DNA of 64,000 bases, from positions 1,093 to 65,092 of the forward strand of contig LWCA01000061.1 in the NCBI GenBank assembly GCA_001642005.1, read 5' to 3'. Position 1 is the first letter of the stretch. Every line of letters begins with the position of its first letter. The position numbers and the translations under genes were made by a program. Shown one piece after another: positions 12,690 to 25,800 of the stretch. The notes below the pieces were generated by a model. That model ran no database searches. It was not told the DNA's origin and was given only the letters and a program-made list of their open reading frames with translations. Source of the stretch: Intoshia linei (Eukaryota > Animalia > Orthonectida).

Positions 12690-13524
12690 TTGAAATGTTA
12701 ATTTCTTTATTAGTATTTTCGAAAAATGTGCAAATGTGAAATTGCAGGATGAATATTTACTTTTTCATTTGAATCCAAAATTGGTTGATAATATATTAAA
12801 AATTATTTTTCACCAGGAATGCATAGATTTCTGGGCTTGAAATTTTGTATTTATATCAAATAGAATAAGCTCTATCAGAATAATCTTTTTTTTAATTTTT
12901 GGATGGTTAATTATTTCATATTTTTTGTTTTAATAAAATATTTTTTTGACCGTGAAGGCGTCACTATTCAGATTGAAATCTTTTTGTGTATTAACAGGAT
13001 ACAACTGTACCATCTGTAATTTTCTTAAAATTCTATGGCTGTTTTCATTTTAAAAAAAATGGTAATCTGGGGTTTATATTGTGAAAATTATCTTTTTGAA
13101 GTTTCCATTTATGATAATGTTGATGATTTTAAAAACTATCCCAGAATTTAAGTTGTATAAAATTCTAGGACTTTTTTAATTTTTACAAAAAAGGTAATTT
13201 GATGTTGTGGCCGTAAAGGTATAAGATTTTGAGATTGAAAATAATCTTATTGTTGATAATTTTTAAATCTGATAAGAGTTAAAAAATTTTTGATTTTTAG
13301 GACGGGTTTGAAAAAAAGGACAATTAAAGTTTTTGACTTGGACTCAATTTATGAAAATAAAATTTACGATAAAACAACACTCTCGGAAAACTATCATAGA
13401 AATATGGAATTTTTAAAACGAGACTCCTCTTATTTTCTTAAATAAACTTGAGCAAACAGACCGACAGACAAATAAATGTACAGTTTTATAATAACTAATG
13501 TAAATTACTTTATATAAATAAGTA
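12690..13524 (-). mobile_element. Helitron family copy (subfamily B-like), 3'-truncated
   Basis: Reverse-complement similarity to 17762-18600 throughout (e.g. AATAAGCTCTATCAGAATAATC, TTTTGACCGTGAAGGCGTCACT). Ends are approximate. Confidence 0.75.
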
Positions 13525-13825
13525 TTAGAGTTTAATGATCGTATTAATTTTTGGGAAGGTCTGATTTATACTTTAAATCAATAAAAAATGCAATTCCTAC
13601 ACATTTTTGTTTAAATTCACACAATCAATCATTAAATTAGACATTACAACAGTGATTTATAGAAACGACAAATCCATAAGAATTTGATTAGTAGCTAAAA
13701 ACTGATTTGACTATCAATTACATTCAAAACAAATACAATAAAAAGACTGAAAAAATACAAATAAAATAAAAACTAAAATATGATTTATTCTATACATAAT
13801 TAGACATTTGATCCAATTAACGGAA

Positions 13826-16800
13826 TCATACATTTTTGAACTTTAGAATGGGTTTTACATCAGATAAATTAAAAAATTCATTAATTTGAGGTTCCTGTTC
13901 AATTTGATTTTGTTTGTTTTTATAGACAATAGAATTGGGTTCACTAAAACGACAATAAGGAGAAACGTCGAAATTTTGAGGTAAATCAGTATTGGGAGAC
14001 GATTTGTGTGACAATTCATCATTTGAAGAAAACGTTGAGGCTCTTTGAGAAGAATCGGAATTTCCATTCCATTTATAAAATTTTTCAATGCAACATTTAG
14101 CATTTTCAGAATAATTTCCATCGAAAAATTTTTCAGTTTGAAAATTTTCAGGAAAAGAAATTTCATTTGGAATCATTTGGTTGACATTGGAAATAATATT
14201 ATAAGATTGACGAATTTGATTAGGTGGGTTTGGTAAATTTTGATTAATATTAGTGGAATATTGACAAGATGGTGGTATATTTTTAATTCCATTGTGCGGT
14301 GGATCATTTTCACGTGGATAGTTTTGATTACCATTTACAGTGTAATTTCCAAATGAATTGTCGACATTGACAGAATTTGGTTGGTTAAATGTCCATAAAT
14401 TGAAAGAATTTTGGCAATTAGGGACAATTTCCGGGTTAAAATTATTATTATTAAATTTAAAAGGTGGAACTTGATTTGAAAACTGGTTATGTACTTTGTT
14501 TATGGGAATTTCTTTAAACTGACCGGTATTATAATTTGGGTTTGTTTGATATGGGTAATATCTTTTCAAAGAATACTGATAATTGATTTCCATTTTTTCA
14601 AAATTGGACATGGAAGGATATTTCATTTGATTAAAATTTTGATTTCGATAATTACAATTGGAGTATTCATAATTTTGATTATTTGTATTAACTTTGTATA
14701 GGGGTCTCGTAGGGTCTAATGTGTATCCTTGAAAATATTGCGCATCTTTTACAGGATGAGAATAAATGGAAGGATTTACAGTTTGAGGGTTGTAGGAATC
14801 GGGATAAACTGAATGTTTTATATCCAAATCAGCATTTGGCATTGTAGGAGTATGTTTAAAATTTAAAAGTTTATCTTGAACGACTTGACGCAGTTTACTT
14901 CTTTCCGGTTTGAATTTTTTTTTTAATTTTAAATTTGTTTTTTTCATCTGATTGGATTTGGTGCACTTTTTATTTTTTACTTTTACATCAACAGGTTCAA
15001 CTTGAAAGGTTACGTAAATGTTGGATTCAAGATTACGTTTATATTTTTCAATGTCTCTATTACAAATGAAAATGAAAATAAAATTTTCAATTTCGAATAC
15101 ACATTCTTTGCAATTTCGTATTGTGGCCAGATCCAATGGAGTTTGATTATAAACATTACGAAGAGATAAATCAGCGCCTTTGTTTAGAAGAAGTTTCAAA
15201 CAGGTTGTATTATTACACATTGCTGCAAAATGCAATGGTGTTTGTCTTTTATTATTGGCAACAGACACATTGGTAAATTTCGTGAGGATAAGGTTTAAAA
15301 TACTAGCATCTCCAGATATACTAGCCCAATGAATGGGTAAAGAATGATTCATGGTATCAGGTATATTCAAGTCACAATTTGCGTCAAATAAAAGTTGAAA
15401 TGTTGGATAAAATTTTAATCTACTGGCTAAATTAATAGGGGTCAATCCACCTTGGCATTTCAAATTGGTTTTTACAGAAGCTTCCAACAAAACGGCAACA
15501 GTTTTCGCTGATAAGTAATAAACTGCCGTATGTAACGGCGTGTAACCTTCATTATCCAAAATATTTACATCGGATTTATATTTTATCAGCACTTTAATGG
15601 TTTCAACGTCCATACATGATGCTGCAATATGCAATGCTGTTTCACCACTTGTACAAGGATAATTAATGTCGTTCATGGATTGCTGAATGGTACATTCAAT
15701 TTGCCCATTTATTAAACTGACGCATTCGTGTTTCATAGACATTACTTGTTTGGTTAAAATCAATTCCATTAACTTAGTTTGATTTGACCTAAGGACATTT
15801 GAAGGTAATTTTTTAATCTCGGGAATTATTTTTACGGGATAATTTCCATCGTCTTTATTCGGTATGGATAAATATGCACCATTATCAAGAGGCCTCAAAA
15901 GTTTGTCTAAATTGAGCAAATTTCTAGGGTTTTTAGTGGCGCTATGACCTGATGGATAATATGTCAAATTTAAAAGTCGTTTTCTAATTACGACTAGCAA
16001 TATAAACAACGATACTACCAAAATATTGACTGCCACAATAATACTATAACTATAATCACTTTTATTCAAATCTACAGTTTCTACATCGTAAATTTTTCCC
16101 TCGTGAGGTAAACCACTGACACGTTTTGCCACAGCAGAAAGCAAAAAATTTTCAGCTTCTTGTTCAGATTCTATAAAAGTAGATGCATTGGCATTATTAA
16201 ATATACGATGTACAATATTACAACATTTCTGTTTGGAAGATGGGCACATGGTGTCTTGTACCTCTTCCAAGAGAATAGAATTTACATGAAAAAGTTTTTT
16301 TAAATTTGCAGTAACATCATACATATCAATTTCCATTAATTGACATTCTATGAAAAACAAAATTGACAATTTAATGTCAATCTTTACATCTTTAGCAACA
16401 TTTCCGCAGTCAAAACCATCAAAATTACAAACACTTGAATTGCAGTCATCATCGCAGTAATTATTTTTAAATTTCAAATGACAATTGGACGAAGAACAAT
16501 GCTGCCAAGCTTTTTTATAAAAGTTTGTAGAAATGGCTTCACATTTGTATCCATTTACATAATTTATGCAAATTTTTTGTGAACCACAAATATTTTTATC
16601 ACAATGATTTATAACAATATGGCATTGTTTCCCAGTAAAACCTATGGGACAATCACAATAAAATTTCCCAGCATTTTCAATACACTTTCCACCATTAAAA
16701 CACATTTCGCAAGATACATGTTGACACATTTCACCAGCGTAGAAATGGCTACAAATACACATTGGAGTCACTTTAGAATTTTCCACCTTCATTAAACATT

Positions 16801-19800
16801 TACCATTCAAGCATTTTTTAAAACAAGAACCTCCACTTTTGAATTCACAGTTAAGTCCATAAAATTCATTTACACATTCACAAATATAACCCAATTTGTT
16901 ACTTGATCGATGACATTTTCCTTCATTTGAACAATTGTTACAATTTAGATTTACATTTTCACAAAGTTTACCGGAAAATCCATCGATGCATTTACACGTA
17001 AAATTTTTGTCAGGTAGTTCAATGCAATTTGAATTATTTAGACATGGACTATTTTCGTAACAAATATGTTTTTTCGCCAAGTCACAGTATAAACCTGTAA
17101 AAGTTGGCAAACATTTACATGTATAATTTGGTCGTTTTTCAGAATTCAGTTGACAATATTTATTACCGTCGCAATTTGAATAGTTGCAAATTTTTGAAGC
17201 ATGGAATTGGCAATTTTTCCCAAAATAGTTTGATTCGCATTTACAAATATAATCACCGTTTGATATTGACGTGCATTTTGAGTTGTTATGACAGGGTTTT
17301 TCATAACATTTACTCTCGATTATTTCACAAATTTTACCTAAAAATTCATTAGATATAAATAATTAGTAATAAAAAAATCAAAGTAACACTAAAAAAAAAA
17401 ATTTTCGACATTTCCCCAAAAATTAAATAAACTTTACGGTAGTAATACATACATTAAAAAAATTAAAGATTCTACAGTGTGAAAACCATACAAGTTGAAA
17501 ATGCTTGTCTTGCATCATAAAAATGAAATGTCTATAGAAAAAGTTTGACACAAGTAAAAAACTGAAAATTAGTGAATCGCATAGAAAAACTTGTAAATCC
17601 ATTAATTTTAGAAGAATTTTATTATTAGCTTATCTAATCTGAAAAATAAAATTTTAGTCATGAATGTATGGATTTCTCAGGCTGACATTTTTGTTTTACA
17701 TCAACTGAAATAGACTATCAAAATAATCTTCTTTTTTTTAAATTCTAGGACCATTAGATAATCCTTACTTATATAAAGTAAAATGGTTAAAAATGTATGT
17801 CTGTTTATTTATTTGTTAAAAAAGTAAAGGGAGTCGAGTTTTACAAATTCCATATTCTTATAACAGTTTTTCCAGAGTGATCTTTTATCAAAAATTTCAA
17901 TTTCAGAAATTAAGGTTAAAAACCACATTCTCCTTCGTTTTTAAATTCAAATATCTTCAATAATTATAAAAAATATACATTCTAATAAAAACTTTTAAAT
18001 TCATCCATACTATGATAATTACAATTTTATGATATCTTCACGGCTAAAACCACAAATTACCCTTTTTTGTAAAAATTAAGAAAGTCTTAGAATTTTATAC
18101 AACACAAATTCTGGGATTGTTTTTAAATTCATAAAAATTATCATAAATATTAACCACAAAAAAATATCTTTCTCAGTCAAAAACCCAGATTACACTTTTT
18201 TTTAAAAATGCAAACAACCCTAGAATTTAAAAAAAATAAAAGATGATACAGTTATATCCAGTTAATACACTCAAAATATTTCAATCTGATCAAGTGGCGC
18301 CTTCATGGTCAAAAAAGCACTTTAATATTCATTTTTTCAATTCGAAACTATTTTATTAAAACAAAAAATTTGAAATAATTAACGGTCCGAAAATTAAAAA
18401 AAAGATTATTCTGATAGAGCGTACTCCAGTTGATATAAATACAAAATTTCAACCCAGAAATCTACGCATTCCCAGTGAAAAATAATTTTTAATATATTAT
18501 CAACCATCTCTTTCAAATATTGGATTAAAATTAAAAATGAAAAGTAAATAATCATCCTACAATTTCAAAAAAAAATGCCCATTGAATGTCTACCCATTTC
18601 CAATACAGAAACATGGGGGGAAATCTATATAATTGATTTCTTCGAATTTGTTACGCAATTCCTATTTCTCAAATACAAATTTTAAAAAAATTTTAGTCTA
18701 AAACTACAACGAAGTAGAACTAAAAGTAAAACTTTTTTATTATCATTTTAATATTTATTACTAATAAATTATTAGTAATAAATAAATAATGAATGCTTTG
18801 CAATGTTGATAATATTATCTGAAATATGTATCTAAATTGCAAAATTTCTCAGATAATAAAAACGTGCCCTCTGCAAGCTAGGTGCTGTTGGTACGTAGTA
18901 CATAACAGTCCACTAGTTATTTAATATTATAATAATTCATTTTATCACAATACTAAAATGTAATAGTAATTATTCTAATTAATACTTATAAATCAATAAA
19001 TAGTATAGTGCATATTTGATCATAAAGTATAATTATTACCGGTCGTTCCTTCTGGACAAGTGCATTCAAAATCGCCAATTAAAGACTTGCAACCTCCATT
19101 GTGTAAACAAGGATTATTTTCACAATAATCGTAAAATTTTTGACAATATATACCAACATATCCATCATTACATACACACTTTGGATTTGATTTCTTTACA
19201 ACGCAGTACCTAATTTTTTTTTAAATATTAATAAATTAAATCTGACCACCAAACCACGACTCGCGATTTTTTTTTAAAATGATAAAATTCAAAAAAATGT
19301 AATATTTACAGGTTGAGTTGGTTACTTGGTAAGTTGAAATTACTGGTGATACATATATTTATGTACTACTAAATTCTCAAAATGTTACCCATTGATGCAT
19401 TTATAATTTTGACAAAAATTAGTGTGATATTCGCAATTTTCTCCATAATTATCTAAATTGTTCATAAATAAATTCAATTGAATATGTTAAATGTACCATC
19501 AACACATTGGCACATATATCCTTTGGTATTATTGTGATGCAAACAATGCCCACCAAATTGGCAAGGTTTAAGACTACATGGGTCCGTATAAATATCACAA
19601 AATTTTCCAGAATAATCTAAAAATAATAAGATTAAATATAAGTTTAAATTACTGAAATCGCAGTCACATTTATAACCACTGACTCCGTCACGCAGACCAA
19701 TACACAATGAATGACTGCTACATAAATTCTTTTTAAGACAAGGATCATTGTAATTATTGCATGTTTCTCCGGTATAATCTAAAAATACATTGTTATATTA

Positions 19801-22800
19801 TGAAAAAGAGTTTTAAGAATATATTAGTTAGACCAGTGGCGGATCTAGGATTTTCAGCGAGGGGGGCTAAATTCATATATTGTATTTAAATTGAAATTTT
19901 ATATTATGTATATTAAATATTTCTATCTATAATAATAATTTATATTTTTTTTCAAATTTTTATTCTATTAAATTTTTCAATGTTGACCATTCAACTGTTG
20001 AGTTGTTCAACTGCATACAAATCGACATTTGAGGCAGGTTGTCTTTCGATTATGAACAACGTTAAGACCGATAATTTAACTTAAACTGATGTTACTAACA
20101 TAAAAAATAAGACATAGATTAATGATTATATACATAAAACGTAAACGATTGGTCCTAGAAATTTTTTTTAATTTTTCACAATGATAATACACAAATTAAA
20201 ATATTTTAGAGCACATTTGTCACGCCAGGGGGCGGTCTTCCCTGCACACACCTAGATCCGCTACTAAGTTAAACATGTTAAATAATATAGTGCAACCACG
20301 TCAAACGATCAACTATTTAAAAATTGGAACGGCTACCCACGAATTTTACATGTAATCCTTACTTGTAAAATATACTACGCGATTTTTGTTTGTGTGTGTG
20401 TTCCACTTTATTTAAATAACTACCCGTCTTAGAATTTTATAAAGTCCACATTTCAATTACAGTTTTTTCCGGGAGTGTTCGAAAAATAAATTTCAACTTC
20501 GAAACTCACATCTTACGGGTCAAAAACCCCAATTGTCTTTTTTTTGAAAATCAAACGAGTTGAAGAATTTAAAAAAATATATACGCTGATACGGACTTTA
20601 AAATCATAAACATTATCATAATTTTAAATTTAAAAAAATTATATTGTCAGGGCCAAAACCACAAATTACCCTTTTTTTATGAAAAAAAGGCCTAGAATTT
20701 AAAAAAATTTACAGGTGGTACAATTGCATCCTGTTAACACACAAAAAAATTTCACTCCGAATAAGTGACGACTTCACGGTCAAAAATCATTTTAGTATTC
20801 ATATATTATTTCCAAAATATTTTATTTAAACAAAAAATGTAAAATAATTAACGGTCCGAAAATTAAATAAAAAGATTATTCTGATAGATCTTATTCCAGT
20901 TGGTATAAATACAAAATTTCAATTTTAGGAATCTACGCATTCCCGGTGAAAAATAATTTTTAATATATTATCAATTAATATTTTTCAAATATTTCGATNA
21001 AAAAATGTAAAATAATTAACGGTCCGAAAATTAAATAAAAAGATTATTCTGATAGATCTTATTCCAGTTGATATAAACACAAAATTTCAATCCAGAAATC
21101 TAAGCATTGCCAGTGAAAAATCATTTTTAATATATTATCAACCAATATTTTAATGTAAATCGATTAAAATCAAAAATTGAAAATGTAAATATTAATCCTA
21201 CAATTTAAAAAAAGTGCATTGAACGTCTACACATTTCCAATAAAGAATATAGGTGAAAATCTATATAATTCATTTCATTACTACGCTATTTTAAATTTCA
21301 AAAACCTTATTTTCAAAACACTTTTAATAAAATTTAAATAGAAACTACAACAGTGGTTCCTAACCGGGGTGCACAGAGCTATTTTCAATTTTTTTTCTAA
21401 ATGAGTCAAATTAATTAACTGATATTTTTATTATAAACATAAAGATTAGATATAAGACATAATTTCATCTTGTAAGTTCTATTTTGGTAATGGGGAATTT
21501 ATAATAAAAAATGGAACACAATGTATTAATTCTTTCGAGATGAATAATCAGCCTGAAATTTTGTAGTAGTGATGCGAATCATCAAGGATTTGAATTTGAC
21601 ATACAGCGTAGAAGCCACATGTTAGGTAATGAAAAACTTTTATTTTTGCTGAAATTGAAGTTATTTATGAAAATTTTCAGGATTGTATTGTTTTACTTTA
21701 TTTGTAACATTATAAACTCATTCTCTTAACACATTAAGAACATGACATCATAAAATTGTTTTTAAAGGTACACAAATAAAAATAAAATTAAGTGGGATTA
21801 ATTCACTTTAAATTAAAATGTAATGTGACACGATGGGTTCCTGGTAAAACAAGATTGAAAACCACTCCTTGAAATATTGGTAATAGTGCAAGTAACACAT
21901 TTTGGTAAAATTAAAAAAGTTAGCCCTCAGCAGAGCTAACTGTCGTTTCCACAAAGTACATAACAGCCAAGCTCGTATAATTATATAAAAATAAAAAACA
22001 ACCTATTGTGCATTCACAGTAATATGTGTCTTTTACATGATGGCATACACCCTGATTTTCACAAGGATTTGACCAACAAGCATTAGATAATAACAAACAA
22101 CTAAAGCCTTCAAATCCCGGTTGACAATCACAAACATAACCTCCCAAAATATCCCTACACGTACCTCCATTAAAACACAAAGGATTTTCGGTAGGATGAT
22201 CTAAATGAGACGTGAATTTAAATTACTAAGTTATTTACGATGTATACATTCAGGGTAGTCAATATCGCAAAGATCTCCCATAAAACCCATTGGACAATTA
22301 CACTGTGCATCTCCAGTTGCAAAATTAACAACACAGGTGGAGTTTCCGTAACATTTGTTGTCAAAATAACATTTATCTTTAAGTTCGCATTTTGAACCTA
22401 AAATAAAAAATTAGGAATCATTAAAACATTTTAATTTAATACCAGTCGACCCTTTAGGACAAAAACAATAATAATGGTTATTTTTTAAATAACAATCTCC
22501 TCCATTGCAGTACTCTGAATCGCATTCTTCATACTTTTTATCGCAAATGTCCCCATAATACTTTAATTCACAGTTACAATAAAAACCACCATGAACATTG
22601 ACGCATTGTCCATGTTGACAAATATTTGTATCACATTCATCAATGTCAGTTTGGCAAAATAAACCTATAAATCAATTATATATTGAACTAATAAAAATAT
22701 ATACCAGTAAACCCCTCATCGCAATGACAGCTGTAAGAATTGTTTATTGGAACGCATAAAGAATCATTTTCACATTCATTGTTTTCGCAATAATTAATTT

Positions 22801-25800
22801 TCTTTTCACAGTCAGCACCTGTGTACCCTAAACATATATAGGTATTACGATAATATCAACCTTCTAAGCAGACACATTTGTATGTATAATTTCCTGTCAC
22901 AATACATTCTATAGCGTGCAAACACTTGTGCGATACACATGGCTTCATTGATAATTCACACGTTTTCCCGTGCCATTGAGGTGGACATTCGCATCTAAAT
23001 TAAAAATAATGGTTAGGAAAATTATCAAATTACTCAAAATCTGCCAATAAATTTCTACATTTTCCATTGTGAAAACAGGGGTTCAGTTCGCATTCATTTA
23101 AATCATCCAGACAGCGTGGACCCGTCCATCCATCTTTACAATGACAAATAAACATGTCAAATGATATTTGTTCACATTTCCCATTTCTTTCACAAGGGTT
23201 AGGATTACACAATGACGACATTTCACAATATGAACCTATTCAAATATTTTTAAGAGTGAGATATAGATACCATGGAATGGATAATTGCAGAGACATGTAC
23301 CATCTTCACAAACACCGTCGTTCATACATAGACAATTGGATTCTTTTGGTTTGTAACAGTCTAAATTTTTAATTAATGTGAAAAAAATTTCTAGATGCAA
23401 ATTTTGGTTGAAATTAAGTTAACTCGACGTATTTAGCGATTTTACTAATTTATGATATTATAGATTTTTAAGATAATTGTGGTTAAAATTTGGTAGGGTT
23501 TTAAGGAAAGTTTTTTAAGCCAATTTTTAAATATGTTGAAAAAATTTTGCGACCAAATTAGTAGGGTTTTTAAGAGAACATTTGTTTTACTCAATTTTTA
23601 AAGATAATTATTGTCTAAATTTTGGTAGAGTTTTTAAGGGAACATTTTTTATCACTCAATGTGTAAAGATTTTGAAGATTTCTTAAAATGTAAAAATATT
23701 CCCTTAAAATCTTACAAAATTATAGTCCAAAAATTAAAGTCACTATATTACTATTTTATCAAATTTTCTTAATATTGCCTAGTATTTTCACTTTAATGGT
23801 CCGTTGTGAAAAAATGTGGGAACCCCTGAGTTATGATATTCAAGAATTTAAGAAATTTTGAAAAATTTCAAAGAAATGAATTATATCGATTTTCACCCAT
23901 ATTTCTTTATTGGAAATGTGTAGACATGTTCAATGCACAATTCAATTTTTTCAAATTCTCCAACTCGTATGATTTTAAAAAAAAGGAAAATTGGAGTTTT
24001 TAACCCATAAGATGTGAGTTTGGGAGGTTGAAATTGATTTCGCTAACACCCCTGGAAAAAAAACTGTAATTGAAATGTGGACTTTATAAAATTCTAAAAT
24101 TGGTAGTTATTGAAATAAACGGTAGCACATACATAAATAAATATTGCAAAGGATATAAATACATTATATTAACAATAATAATATGTAAATAGTAAATCCC
24201 AAAAGTATTTATCAAAGAATGGAAAATGTAAAACTTAATATACAATTTAATTTATATATATACAATTGTACAATGTAAGACACTAATTTTAATTATATAA
24301 ACATTAAGTTATTCCAAACCCAAATTTTTGAACAAAGCTCAAAATTTGGCTGAAGCGCAGCGAAGAGTATTATGTAATTTCGCTGAAGGAAAAAAAAATT
24401 TTTGGGGGTCTCTTTTTCAAAAAATAATAACAGTTTACATACAATTTTTATTGCAATCTTCAAAATGAATGCTTTAAATTTTTCATAACAAATAGCACAT
24501 TTCAAAATGACTTCATGATGAATACTTTAAAAAAAAAAACAAATGACACAACACAAAAGACAAGATCAAAATCAATTATTTTCGACAATTATATTTTTGT
24601 TGAGTTTTGGCCATATTAATAAGGTTATTTTGAGCAGGCTGTTTTAAGTAGTTCATAAAGTCTTTGCATTCCATGTTAAAGTTGATTCTTATACTTATTT
24701 CTGCTTTCACTAAACTTATTCTCATTTTATTTCGATCTTTTCTCCACACAGATTCCATAATTGAAAAAATTCGTTTCACAAAAGCATTGTTTACTGGAAT
24801 TGACAAAATTATTTTTTAGAAGCTATTTTTTTAATTTCTGAAATATTACATGAAAAAAATTATAGAATATAAATAAAATATGTCTGATCTGATGATTTTG
24901 ATTGAAATAATTACATTACCCTGAGTAATATCACTTAACCCTGAACCCTGAGTTGAATTTGAAAACCCGAATTCTCAGGTAGAAAATAACGCAGTTGGCA
25001 ACCATGTGAGTAACCCAAAAGTGGATGAGATTCTACAGTTCCTAATTCTTTCTAATACCCGTAACGGCAACACATAAAATAGTCCATACAATCATATTAA
25101 TTCCATTACATTTCATAAATCATATCCTTTTAAGGGTAATATATAAATCACAAGGACTTGCAATAAAACCTACTTTGATTCTATACAAAAACATTTCTCC
25201 CTACAATTAGTCGGCAAATGCAGAAATAAAATATACGTTACAATTTAAATTTTAAAACATACAAATGTCTTGTCAACTTGTGTAAATTTCCATGAAATAA
25301 TAAATGTATAAATCAATATAAGTACCATCTTTATCGCATGTACAATTTATGGAAACGGTGTAATCTTTGATGATGGGATTACATATAGCACCATCGATGC
25401 ATTTATTATCTTTATTATAACAAGGATTTACATATTGGCATAAATTTCCGATATAATAATCATTGTTGCATCTAAAAATAAGATTTATTAGAAAATACAA
25501 ATTATTTGCAAAAGATGATGTGGACAATGTAATTATTAAAGCGAAATAAGTATCATGAGAAAATGAGTAATAAGAGCCTGATATTAAAATTAAAGTTACA
25601 AAGTTATAAACATTTGTAAATAACCAATTATGAACCAATTTTATGATTTTCACATACATATAAAAATGTAACTGAAACATGAAAAGTTACTAATTTTACA
25701 ATGCAATTGTTTTACAATAGTTAATAATTATACGTTTTTTGTCAATTTTTTTTCAGTAATTTTATAAATGTTAAAATACGGTTCTATAAAATTATCTAAA

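Noticed and set aside
13855-17352. Short ORFs overlapping Notch exon 14 (13855, 14045, 14489, 16604, 17104)
   Set aside because: Alternative-frame or antisense shadows of a long real exon, with no motifs.
20831-21170. Apparent ~170-bp tandem duplication inside a Helitron copy
   Set aside because: The two copies meet exactly at the single N (20999), so this is most likely a scaffolding overlap of repeat copies or haplotypes.
21920-25680. Separate small EGF proteins suggested by the ORF track (also 19474-19707)
   Set aside because: They are Notch exons read into flanking introns; all join into one frame.
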